A stretch of DNA of 36,046 nt from the NCBI RefSeq assembly GCF_001194135.2, contig NC_069000.1, positions 8,298,409 through 8,334,454 on the forward strand. The letters run 5' to 3'. Below are positions 1-11,681 of the stretch, in pieces. Below the pieces are notes generated by a model, which saw only the letters and a list, made by a program, of their open reading frames with translations, was not told where the DNA came from and made no database searches. The number at the start of each line of letters is the position of its first letter. The first letter of the stretch is position 1. The stretch comes from Octopus bimaculoides. Lineage: Eukaryota. Position numbers and translations under genes: made by a program.

Positions 1-214
1 TATATATGCATATATACACACTCACACACACAGACACACACACACACACACACACACATGCACATATATATATAGATATAGATATATATATATATATATA
101 TATCATGTATTGCCCATAATTCTCCCTGTATTCTGTTTATTTCACTTGATATTTTATATTTTTATAATAATTTCCCCTCATTCTCCCCTACTTTCTCTTC
201 AAATCTTATCCCTC

Positions 215-280
<66 letters not shown>

Positions 281-784
281 TTGCACACACACACACACAG
301 ATGTCTGTGTATGTGTGTCTTTCTATACGCATGGAGTAAGTAGGAGAGAATTAAACGAGAGCGAATGGATAGAGAGAGAGAGGGGTGGGAGAGGTGGAGG
401 TGTGAGAAGATGCAACGAAAGAGAAGAATGGCGCGCCAAAACGAAAGCGCCGAAGCGTGTGTGGGTGGAGTAAACTACATTAGAGTCTCTGTGTGTGTGC
501 GTGTGAGTATGTATATTTATGTGTGTGAGAATGTATATATATATATATGTATGTATGTATGTATGAATTCACGTATGTACGTAAGTATGGGTATGTATGT
601 ATGCATTGTATGTATTATGCACGTACGTGTGTGTGTGTGAGATAGAGTACGTACGTATGTATGTACGTACGTATATATGTATGTATGTATACATTCATGC
701 ATGTGTGTGAGTATGTATTTATGCATGTATGTACGTATGTGAGGATATGTATATATATGCATCTATCTACGTGAGAATGAATAT
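1..784. repeat. Microsatellite cluster (CA)n, (TA)n, (CT)n 218-279, mixed TATG/TACG
   Basis: Directly visible. Confidence 0.95.
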
Positions 785-1490
785 NNNNNNNNNNNNNNNN
801 NNNNNNNNNNNNNNNNNNNNNNNNNNNNNNNNNNNNNNNNNNNNNNNNNNNNNNNNNNNNNNNNNNNNNNNNNNNNNNNNNNNNNNNNNNNNNNNNNNNN
901 NNNNNNNNNNNNNNNNNNNNNNNNNNNNNNNNNNNNNNNNNNNNNNNNNNNNNNNNNNNNNNNNNNNNNNNNNNNNNNNNNNNNNNNNNNNNNNNNNNNN
1001 NNNNNNNNNNNNNNNNNNNNNNNNNNNNNNNNNNNNNNNNNNNNNNNNNNNNNNNNNNNNNNNNNNNNNNNNNNNNNNNNNNNNNNNNNNNNNNNNNNNN
1101 NNNNNNNNNNNNNNNNNNNNNNNNNNNNNNNNNNNNNNNNNNNNNNNNNNNNNNNNNNNNNNNNNNNNNNNNNNNNNNNNNNNNNNNNNNNNNNNNNNNN
1201 NNNNNNNNNNNNNNNNNNNNNNNNNNNNNNNNNNNNNNNNNNNNNNNNNNNNNNNNNNNNNNNNNNNNNNNNNNNNNNNNNNNNNNNNNNNNNNNNNNNN
1301 NNNNNNNNNNNNNNNNNNNNNNNNNNNNNNNNNNNNNNNNNNNNNNNNNNNNNNNNNNNNNNNNNNNNNNNNNNNNNNNNNNNNNNNNNNNNNNNNNNNN
1401 NNNNNNNNNNNNNNNNNNNNNNNNNNNNNNNNNNNNNNNNNNNNNNNNNNNNNNNNNNNNNNNNNNNNNNNNNNNNNNNNNNNNNNNNNN
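785..1490. other. Assembly gap (others at 2694-3235, 21051-21133, 23742-24161, 24444-24865, 26241-26250, 27437-27848, 28398-28497, 28930-29161)
   Basis: N-runs, nearly all flanked by simple repeats. Confidence 1.
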
Positions 1491-2627
1491 TATATATATA
1501 TATATATATTTAAAAGGAAATAAAACATGAAAGATTACTAGCTAGTATGAGTTTCGGCACTCAACGACCCTAGCCACTAAACAATTATTAAATTGTGAAC
1601 GAGAGAAACCAAATGCACCATTATGCATTATTTGAGACATTTGCTGTTAAAAAAACCCTCATCGTCTTTGTAGATGTTGTTTGATGTTCGTTGTAATGTC
1701 TTATATTCTTTCTTAAAATCTATCTTTTCTATGTTGTCTATATTCTGAACCTTTCTCTTTCTGTGTCATTCTAATTTCTTCGGAAAGTCCATGACGCCAC
1801 AAATGCGTAATTTTGTTCATTAATTGTTTGTTTGATTTTTTTTTTGAAGGACAGCGACTCTTAGTTCTTCTTCAACGCTTTTTCCTCGTCCTTTTATTTT
1901 TGTTTTGAGGAAATTGTTCCTCCTTACTTGTTTTTGTGGTTTTATACTTATATTTTTCGTTAATTGAAAATATTCTTCCTCTTCTGCTTCCCCGATACTT
2001 TATAGATATTCATCTGTAACTATCATTTCTTTACCCACGACGTTGGAATGGTGCTATTGGTTGGTACTGTAAATGGACAAGATATTTGTCCACTTATTTC
2101 TAAGACATTCGGCTCATGGGTGATTTTTATTTCGACAACTACATAGCACGTAGAGCGTATGCCTTAAATGATTAATCTCTTTCTCTTTGTCACGGTGCCT
2201 TCTACTGGGCACAGTTTCGTTATGGCTCTCTGGCCTTCACACATTATTTAGAAGTTGCCAATCCATTTTGACATTCTCTGTGCACGTGCTATCTTTGGTT
2301 AGTCCTGTTTTAACCACTCTTCCATTCTGTAGTCCGAAAGTAACGCCTAGCTACGTGTTTACATCGTTTCTGATGTTTCCTATCTTTACCCTCGCATTTC
2401 TTTGACAAAATGAAACGGCCACAAATGTCTAACAATTTCAGTCTCCTTGGCTGCCGCTGATCCAGCGATCCTCAATTTAGGTCGGCTCTGGGCTCCAGAC
2501 AGTCATCAGGCGCTCGCTGACAGCAGTTAGAACGAATCTGTGTTGATCCAAGAGTTTCGTTTTGATGTCAAGGCCAACCCCATGGATGCGTGGTTCATTA
2601 GGATTCTTCCCCTTCCGAAAACGCGTT

Positions 2628-2693
<66 letters not shown>

Positions 2694-3235
2694 NNNNNNN
2701 NNNNNNNNNNNNNNNNNNNNNNNNNNNNNNNNNNNNNNNNNNNNNNNNNNNNNNNNNNNNNNNNNNNNNNNNNNNNNNNNNNNNNNNNNNNNNNNNNNNN
2801 NNNNNNNNNNNNNNNNNNNNNNNNNNNNNNNNNNNNNNNNNNNNNNNNNNNNNNNNNNNNNNNNNNNNNNNNNNNNNNNNNNNNNNNNNNNNNNNNNNNN
2901 NNNNNNNNNNNNNNNNNNNNNNNNNNNNNNNNNNNNNNNNNNNNNNNNNNNNNNNNNNNNNNNNNNNNNNNNNNNNNNNNNNNNNNNNNNNNNNNNNNNN
3001 NNNNNNNNNNNNNNNNNNNNNNNNNNNNNNNNNNNNNNNNNNNNNNNNNNNNNNNNNNNNNNNNNNNNNNNNNNNNNNNNNNNNNNNNNNNNNNNNNNNN
3101 NNNNNNNNNNNNNNNNNNNNNNNNNNNNNNNNNNNNNNNNNNNNNNNNNNNNNNNNNNNNNNNNNNNNNNNNNNNNNNNNNNNNNNNNNNNNNNNNNNNN
3201 NNNNNNNNNNNNNNNNNNNNNNNNNNNNNNNNNNN

Positions 3236-3281
<46 letters not shown>

Positions 3282-3309
3282 CATAAAATTTTAGCAACTG
3301 GATAGGTTT

Positions 3310-3777
3310 AGGTGTGGTTAGATGAAAGACGTAACTGAAGGCCATGCGTGTTTAAACAGGACTCACTATCTTCTCACAAAGACCCATCTAACCAAAGAAT
3401 GGATGCTAAGCAATCTTTACGATCATGTAACACCAAACTCGACGAATTTAAATCCCATTCACTGCCACGTTTGGCGCATTACTGAAAGGGAAGCTAATCG
3501 ACGTTTTTACAGTGACGTATTTTCATTGAAGGCCGCCATTGTCCAGGTGATGCCTGAAATGAATAGAGCTCATTTAGTGCAGGTATGTTAAACAATTTAG
3601 GCCCCGAATAGAAACCGTAATCGAAGTTGAAGGCGGATTCATAAAGTAATCTGATAAGAAAGTATATCGAGAAAATGAGCGCAAATTCTTTTATTAAAAT
3701 ACGTTCGGTTTTTGCTGGATTTCAGTTCATTTATTAAATTACCAAATATGTCTTCAAATACCTCTTGCACCCTCTAC
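3310..3777 (+). mobile_element. Decayed Tc1/mariner-superfamily transposon 3' end (maT/DD37D-like transposase C-terminus plus probable right end)
   Basis: ORF 3322-3591 contains PNSTNLNPIHCHVW...SLKAAI...VC, matching the P-SPDLNP-D--VW...LK-AI...AC motif. After a frameshift near 3590 it continues KQFRPRIETVIEVEGGFIK* (stop 3647-3649), the typical FR-RIE-VI---GG-IE ending. The catalytic Asp position is His, so the copy is inactive. Confidence 0.8.
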
Positions 3778-3900
3778 AAAGGAGTGTATGTATGTATGTA
3801 TGTATGTATATATGTATTGATACTGTCCGGCATCAGTTCCTCCTGGCCAAGGCTCCATTCACTTTGGTGAATGGAAAAAGCACCTCCTTATAGGTGTCAT

Positions 3901-3962
<62 letters not shown>

Positions 3963-4620
3963 TATATTGTGTTTTGAATGTGTATTGTAGGTATTGGCTG
4001 CTCTCGATTTTAGTGGTTGAATGTAATCTTGTAATCTTGGATGAAGTATGTTATTAAAAATTGTTAATTAAAATCTTAGAGGTCGGGACAGTTCAGTCAT
4101 CCGTCATTAAAAATCAATAAAAGTTCAATATTTGTGAGATCCAAATGACGATAAGTGACAGTTGTCTGATATCGGTACTTTAACTAGCAGATATTATCTT
4201 ACTAGTGCTCAGTCAAATGAGAGATTGTGTTGATAAAATAGAATAGAAAGGAAAAACAAAAACAAAACGAAATTATGTTGATAAATATTAAACATCCATA
4301 ACCAATTCCTACTTTTACATTTATAATTAATTAGACAGTTAATTAAGAGATTTAACTTGCAATATTCAGGAATCAGTCTGCTTTGATAACACCCCGCCAC
4401 CCACCGTAATTCTAAAGGTAAATTGTCAACTGCCGTGCTTCTGTATCTCACCTTGTATAATCTGTAATCAACATTAAAATTAAAACGTTACCATAATCTT
4501 CACTTACTGTATTGTCCTTCTCCTCTTCGTCACCATCACAATCATCATCTGTCCCCCCCTCTCTCTCTGTATATATATATATATATATATATACAGAATC
4601 TACAGAATCTACATATATAC

Positions 4621-4815
4621 ACTAGAAGGAGTACCCGTCGTTGCTCGGGTATTAAATACTTCGCAATGGTTTTAATAGGTTCTACCATTCTTTTTTTCGC
4701 AATTGTTGGTCATACGCGGATGAATTCTGTGCAAATCGAAGTCTCCTAACGTTATCCTTAGGATGAGTAAATAGTGTATAAGGTGTGAAGCAATCCACCA
4801 AAGCAGTGAGAAGTT
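4621..4815 (+). mobile_element. Possible non-autonomous Helitron/Helentron-associated (HINE/DINE-like) element 5' part
   Basis: Starts ACTAG after a (TA)n tract, followed by the short subterminal hairpin acccg-tcgttgct-cgggt, an architecture recalled for such elements. No coding support. Confidence 0.3.
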
Positions 4816-4888
4816 ACCCAAAGAAGGTAACTCTGGGCAGATATGGTGTTTTTAAATCATTTATCATTAGAGAGAATTGTTTCCCCAT

Positions 4889-4936
<48 letters not shown>

Positions 4937-5250
4937 AATTTAGGTTAGTTAAAATACGTTTGTGGCATATTTCAACTTCTAAAGGCAGATTTATAGCAGT
5001 TACCATGGAGAAACAATTCTCGCTGATGGTAAATGGTTTAAAAGCACCACATCTGCCCAGAGTTACCTTCCTCGGGTATTTCCCATTGAGGAAACCGAAA
5101 GAACCAGAAACGCTGTGCCAGGCAATCTGACAGAGATCCACACTGGACAGAAATGGTGTTTTTACACCTTTTTACTATAAGAGAGAACTTTTTCACTACG
5201 GTAACTGCAAATGAATTTACCTTCAGAAATTGAAATATGTCGTCTAATCA
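4815..5250. repeat. Three diverged copies of an ~80-100 bp unit in +/-/+ orientation
   Basis: 4815-4892 is the reverse complement of 5001-5078 with 9 mismatches in 78 nt (hand count). A third, more diverged copy in the + orientation lies at ~5143-5250. Confidence 0.85.
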
Positions 5251-5984
5251 CTGCTTGGCGCTGATACTACTATACACAACCTGCCCGGCAAATTTTTCTG
5301 CTCTTAAAATGATTTTATCTTTTATATATGCTGTTCAGTCTTTCTATTTGTTATATATACACCTACTACACATACATATATGGTACAGGTGGAGCTAAAG
5401 CAGCGATTCTTACACATTCTTATACATGCTTCTCGCCTTACCAACACTAAAGAGTATCCCTCCGTAAGCGTCTTCCTTTTCTTCTTTTTCTTTTCTATCC
5501 CCTATCTTAAAATTTTAACTTGACAAAAATAAAATAATAATAATAAAATGCTAATGAGTGAACTTTCACCATTCTGGATGTCTCTCGGGATCTTTCCGGA
5601 AATTAAAAACATAAAAATAGAATAAAATAACCAAACAGGTTAAAAACGAAAAAATATGCATTAAAAAGCATCTAAATTAAAAGGAAAAGCTAGCAAAAAT
5701 AACGTTTGCTACATTTCTCTTGCGGTCAGAACGTTCAGTTTTTGTAAATTAGGTGTCGACATTTTCTCGTCTTTGATTTTGGCAAAATGTCAAGAAGTTA
5801 GTTGAGTTTGCTGAATATATGATTCCCTTATAGAATGTAATTTAGTAGGAAATGTAGAAATTCTATGAACAATAGTTAAAGATAGGCCAATACCGTTTTT
5901 ACGCTTTGGTAGCTATTTTTTTTATAGACTGATGAGAACACTCCCTGTTGCTTTGTTAGAGATATATAATTTACAAACATAGAC

Positions 5985-6108
5985 GCGCACATATATATAT
6001 GTGTGCGTCAGTTATACGTATGTATAAATACATATATAATGGGTAGTAACTTAACTGCTTATATGCGTGCGTATATGTACATATGTATAATATATATATA
6101 TACATATG

Positions 6109-6146
<38 letters not shown>

Positions 6147-6427
6147 GGAGAGAGGGACAGAGAGAGAGAGAGAAAGTAATCGGGTTTGTGGAGTGACTTT
6201 CATAATTATCTTGGTGTTAGTGAGTTAGAGTTTTTAGCTGTTGGTGATTGATTTCTTTAGTACTGTGTTTTTTATGTGTGCATGCATAGACACACACACG
6301 CACATATATACATGTGTATGTATATATATATGTGTCTGTGTATGTGTGTGTATATGTATATGTAGATATATATATATATACGTGTATATATATATGCATA
6401 TATATACATACTCATCTATACATATAC

Positions 6428-6475
<48 letters not shown>

Positions 6476-6491
6476 TCAGTATGATAATATA

Positions 6492-6525
<34 letters not shown>
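5985..6525. repeat. Mixed (TA)n/(TG)n/(GA)n microsatellite cluster
   Basis: Directly visible. Confidence 0.9.
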
Positions 6526-6526
<1 letters not shown>

Positions 6527-6954
6527 GTTTATAAGTGAAGACAAGATACAAAAGAATACTAAGAGAATGAAGGTGATCTGCGTTGGCAAGACTTATTTTA
6601 TTAGGAAACAGTGATAAAAGGACAAGATTGAAATTGCCGTGGTGAGTGGAGTATTTAACGTTTCGGAAAAAATTCTTCTTTAGGTTTATGATGACAGGAG
6701 TGAAAATAGAAAGATATCAGAATTTCACATCCTATAAAAACTCTCCTGTCTTTCCTTTTGCTATCTTAAACCTGGTGGAGAACTCTATCCGAAACGTTGG
6801 ATGCTTCACTTTACAATGACATTTCACTGTACTCTTTCTGTTGCTCTGTCTCTTTCCATGTTTTTTTCACTCTCTACCAACCAACCAAGAAACCAACTAA
6901 CCTACCTACCTACATTCGTACATACATGCATTCATACATATCTGTCTGTATGTA

Positions 6955-7063
6955 TGTATATATATATATAGGTACATATACGTATGTATGTATATATAGG
7001 TACATATATGTATGTATGTATATATATATAGGTACATATATGTATGTATGTATATATATAGGT
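6955..7063. repeat. Minisatellite, ~3 copies of (TA)nGGTACATATAYGTATGTATG
   Basis: Tandem ~28-32 bp units are directly visible. Confidence 0.8.
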
Positions 7064-7064
7064 T

Positions 7065-7240
7065 ATGATTGACCGTTGACTAAACACTATTCAATTTTTT
7101 TTCTCCGTGTTTTTCTCCTTGTCTCCGTATTCTTTCTGTTGAAGAGCGTAGCTCGAAACGTCAAAGACTTTCCGTATTCCCGAGCGTCATACTAAGATAT
7201 CCTTTTGTTATTTACACCACCTGTCCTCGTCTGTTGTTAT
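7065..7240. mobile_element. Interspersed repeat fragment, possibly a Penelope-like terminal region
   Basis: The motif tgaagagcgtagctcgaaacgtc resembles the TGAAGA...CGAAAC signature recalled for Penelope-like ends. No ORF support. Confidence 0.3.
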
Positions 7241-7303
7241 TATTTGTATATTCTCCCATATATATATATATATATCTATGTAGGTATGCATGCATGTATA
7301 TAC

Positions 7304-7343
<40 letters not shown>

Positions 7344-7729
7344 TTTATATATAACGTGTGCGTGTGTATTTGTGTGCGTTTATGCTGTCAAACACTATAA
7401 AGCAGGGAATGCTAAGTTTTACTATTCCATTCTTCATCACAGGTAAGAGACAACGACCTACAACCATCACCCCCACCAGCAACACTAAACACACTCCTCG
7501 ACACCGCCATCTCCACCACTACTAATCAATATCGCCACATAGCACCATCACTACCGTGACCACCACCACCGGCAACAACAACAGCAACAACCAGTGAATG
7601 AAATCGGTCATGACAGTCTGTGTTGTGATGCATGGTAATATTGCATGCCAGCGTGTGAAGAGTAGCGTGTCTGTAAGTCCGCATGATCGCCTCTAGCGGT
7701 ATGTGTTGTGTATATGCATTTGCCCACCT

Positions 7730-7859
7730 GTAGTTGTGCGTATGTGTGTATGTTAGCCGGTCTCTGTGTATGCGCATGTGTGTGTTGACCGGGGTGTATG
7801 TATATATACATGTACATATATATACACACATATATATGTACATATATATATATATGTAC

Positions 7860-7892
<33 letters not shown>

Positions 7893-8007
7893 CATACATA
7901 TGTCTGCGTGTGTATGTGTGTGTATATGTGTTTGTGAGTGTGTGTTGTATGTGTGTGTATGTGTGTATGTTAACCAGTCTCTGTTTGTGTCGACTGGCTT
8001 CCATGTA

Positions 8008-8046
<39 letters not shown>

Positions 8047-8295
8047 GTGCGTTGGCCAGCGTCTGTTGGCATGCGTATGTGTGTGTTGGGTAGCTTGTAT
8101 GTATGTATATATATATATATATATGTATGTATGTAACATTTGTATGGAACGTATATGTGCGTGTGCATGCTTATATATGTGTTAGCCAATCAATATATAC
8201 GTATATTCATTCATGTGTGTGTATATGTGTGTGTACGCGGGCGTACGTTTCTTTGCTTGTTTGTTTATTTATGTGTGTGCGTGTGCGCGCGCGTA
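7730..8295. repeat. Degenerate (TG)/(TA) low-complexity tract with recurring gtgtt(a/g)(g/a)cc motif
   Basis: Directly visible. The motif recurs near 7748, 7782, 7967, 8050 and 8179. Confidence 0.8.
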
Positions 8296-8851
8296 ATAAT
8301 AATGGGAAACGTCGTTTGCTCTCTAAAAAAAAGAAAGAGTAGCAGTAATGGGAGATGACTGTGAATCGATAGCAGTCTTGCAACGGTCGACGACTTTATG
8401 GTGATGATGATGATGATGATGACGACGACGAGAGGCTGTGAACTTAAAGCTCGACATAGCTAAAAGTTTGGCAACCTACAAGACTTAATGAGACAATTTG
8501 ATGCAGTGGAGAAACTTCTGTCGGTAAAACTACTAATGCAGCTAACCTTTCTTCCCCTCCACACATGCCCGCGCAGACACATACACGCATGCACACTTGC
8601 ACACACACATGCACACACACATGCACACACACATGTAATCTTGAAACCTGTTTTAATGAATTAATCAGCAAGAAATGCGGGCAAAATAGGAATTTGGCGA
8701 CTTCATTAACCACTCGGTACAAGTCCTAACTTTGAGGTATGAAGGTGCAACGCAGCCCCCAGGAAGCTGTTCAATAGACAAGTGATTATTTTACGCAAGG
8801 TTATTTACTTTCGACTGTTACATTCAAATCTGACGAACAGCTTCGTACTTT

Positions 8852-9173
8852 TGGCACTCCGTCGGTTACGACGACGAGTGTTCCAGTTGATCCGATTAAC
8901 GGAACAGCCTGCTCGTGAAATTAACGTGCAATGGGCTGAGCACTCTTAAAGACACATGTACTCTTAACATAGTTCTCAGGGAGATTCAGCGTGGCACAGA
9001 ATGTGACAAGGCTGGTCCTTTGAAATACAGGTACCACTCATTTTCGCCAGCTGAGTGAACTGAAGCAACGTGAAATAAAGTGTCTTGCTCAGGGACACAA
9101 CGCGTCGCCGGGAATTGAACTCACGACCTTACGACCGTGAGCCGAATACTCTAACCATTAAGCCACACGCCCT
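8852..9173 (-). mobile_element. Near full-length tRNA-derived SINE (family A)
   Basis: The reverse strand begins AGGGCGTGTGGCTTAATGGTTAGAG (A box) ... GAGTTCAATTCCC (B box), then TTGTGTCCCTGAGCAAGACACTTTA (CORE/V-like central motif, from memory) and a unique tail. Confidence 0.85.
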
Positions 9174-9391
9174 CGCCAACTTCGTATTACTGTTATATTA
9201 TTCACTGGTTGCTTCTTAATCAACCGACGAAGCCAACAGTTGTGGCATGCGAATGGACGCTTGGGTGAAACGTCTTCATGTACGTTTCACCCGAGACATC
9301 TTGCCAGACATATTGAGACCAACATAGTAAATAAGGTATTGAAGCGAGGTGTCCTGTAGAGTTGTACTGAAGCCTGTAGAACTGTACCGAT

Positions 9392-9497
9392 GTTCTGAGT
9401 TTCATCCTTTCGGGGTTGATAAATTAAGTACCAGCGTAATCGACTAGTCCCCTCCCTCCAAATCTGAGGCCTTGTGCCTACAGTAGAAAGGATTATA
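9392..9497 (+). mobile_element. SINE family B fragment (internally deleted)
   Basis: ttctgagt...tcatcctttcggggttgataaattaagtaccag...ggccttgtgcc is shared with the copies at 13555, 23605 and 30779. Confidence 0.8.
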
Positions 9498-9659
9498 TTT
9501 CAGACTCTTAAATGACTAAGATACACCTAAAAACATGTAACTACGTATTTGAGCATCAAACATAAACAGAGAAAATGGAAGAACATTCTGTGATGCTTTT
9601 AACCCACGCTATGCGATGTAAAACTGTGTCGAGTTAAGTTGATGTTTTTAATTTTTTCC

Positions 9660-10213
9660 CTCGTGATATTGATTATATTTGTGATTGCTCTAAAAATAAC
9701 TATTGTATTAGAGTCATATTAAAGTCACATTTATTACATATTGACGTTATGTTGGAATGATATTTGAAGACACTGAAGTTCTGTTGAAGTCAGTGTTATA
9801 TGGGAGCTATACTATGTTTATATTGAAATGATGATAGTCTTATATATGTGTTGAAATCATACTTGGGTTTTATCAAAGCTATACTGGTGTATAATATTGA
9901 AGTTAAACTGGGATTATTTCAGAGTTACATAACATTTCTATTGTAGTCATATTGGATTTGTTGTTTTAGCTATATAAACGATATATTGGAGTTATATTAA
10001 AGTCATACTAGAGTCCTATTTGAGGTATGATATGGTTATAATAAAATTGTATTGGAGAGTTAATGGATTGAAGTCATTTGAGAATTATAGTGGAGTTATA
10101 TTGGCGCTATATTGAAGCTATATTGGAATTATATTTTTAAAATATATTGAAATCCCGTTCAAACCGTATTGGAGTTATATTAAAATGATATTAGAATTGT
10201 ACTGAAGCCCTAT
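9660..10213. repeat. Degenerate 11-bp minisatellite, consensus ~GRAGTYATATT
   Basis: Consecutive units are visible, e.g. ggagttatatt ggcgctatatt gaagctatatt ggaattatatt (~10091-10134) and ggagttatatt aaaatgatatt agaattgtact gaagccctatt (10171-10213). Confidence 0.85.
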
Positions 10214-10214
10214 T

Positions 10215-10334
10215 TGTGTTATCAACTCCGAAAGGACAAGTCGACCTTGGCGGAATTTGAACTCAGAACGTAACAGCAGACGAAATACCGCTCAGCATTT
10301 CGCCCGGCGTGCTATCGATTCTGCCAGCTCGCTG
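10215..10334 (-). mobile_element. SINE family B, 5' half with tRNA-like head
   Basis: The reverse strand reads gcgagctggcagaatcgatagcacgccgggcgaaatgctgagcggtatttcg...gttctgagttcaaattccgccaaggtcgac (A-box-like and B-box motifs). Confidence 0.85.
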
Positions 10335-11627
10335 TTCACTTTATTTTATTGTGACTGGATGCAAATGTCTTCTGTTTTAGAGGAGAAAGAAACAGGATGT
10401 TGTGGCCTTTAACTGATGTGTATTAAAAAAAAAAAAGCTTCAGTTTGAAATAACCGTGGAAACATTTGCTAAAGTAAATGTTTAACACGTCTGTATCCAA
10501 TCCATAGAAATTCTCATTTATGTGGCTTATCTTTCTCTTTCTTTGGCACCAACATTTACATTTAGGTCAACTGAGAAACGGAGGAGACGTCGACATTATA
10601 TCCAAGCCTATATAATGTCTGTTAGAGTATTGAATAGTAATAGAGGCGAGTGATGGGGAACAAGAACTTACGAAATCTGAAATATGAACAAATGCTGTAA
10701 TGCTCCATTCACTTTTTACAATTAGCAAAAGTAGGATCTGACGTCAAATGACGATATGAAGGGGAAAAAATGGAAGAGAAAACGGTGAGATTGAAAAAGA
10801 GACTTTGCTCGACTATCTCGAGAATCGCTACCACCTGTCTTTACTAAACAGCCTGATATTCAGTAATAGCAAATGCCAAGTTGTTATCTGAAATAAAGTA
10901 AAGAAATCATCCATAGACATATCAAAATGACAGAATTATTTACACAGAACACGTAACATTTGTGTTACTGAAGACAATTCTACAACAAACATTAAACTTT
11001 GGCAAAGAATTCGTCGATACACAAACTGCTAACACTGAATGGTGGAATGAAACAAGAAAATAAAATAAAGAAAGATGTTAATAGCATTTCAATGATTTGA
11101 CTCCAACACCCCGGTATCTATATATTGATTTTGATGTATCGATATTTCTCGGTATTTCTACTTTTGTGCTAATATACTCTCATTCATTTCTCGCTTCTGA
11201 TGGCACTTTCTCGCACACATTGATATGAATGTGAGCGCATTGATACAAATGTATATTTCTTTGGGAGAGAGAATATGTGTATGTATGTATGTGTGTGTGT
11301 GAATAAAATATTGATTATATTTAGATGTACGAAAGTTGTGTTTTGTTTTCTTTGTAGGTTTTTGTGAAAAGCACTAAAGCATCCACTGAGTTGTTCTAGC
11401 ATTCAGTATGACATAGGTGTCGCTGTTGTAAAGTGCTGGCTTTAAACCTCGCCACGTAGATTTCAATCAAAACGAAAGAGAAAAAGGTTTCTAACTAAGA
11501 AGTACAAGGGCTTCATTGAGGATGACACGTGAGGCCTTTGCTGAGAGTATTTTAAAACAAAATCCATTTAAACAGAATATATTTACGAGAGTAAACACAC
11601 AGACATGCATAAATGCATATACTCACT

Positions 11628-11681
<54 letters not shown>

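Noticed and set aside
2430-2635. GC-rich island with several short open frames
   Set aside because: No frame has both convincing splice sites and a recognisable product, and it is truncated by a (CA)n run and a gap.
729-3345. ORFs of 228-272 aa across N-runs
   Set aside because: They are open only because the bases are unknown.
3860-3879. Short hairpins such as ccattcac-tttg-gtgaatgg (also tggacaa-gatat-ttgtcca near 2074-2092)
   Set aside because: Stems of 7-8 bp are expected by chance in 36 kb.
6217-8358. Many YI/CV/HT-rich ORFs
   Set aside because: They are translations of (TA)n/(TG)n/(CA)n microsatellites.
8466-8525. FGNLQ peptide occurring both here (+) and at ~12700 (-), each after a GAT/GAC triplet repeat
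   Set aside because: It is a five-residue match with no extension and an in-frame stop just upstream. Likely coincidence.
9100-9173. tRNA-like A/B box sequences (also at 10255-10334 and 30779-30865)
   Set aside because: These are SINE heads continuing into shared SINE bodies. I see no complete cloverleaf, so I do not call tRNA genes.
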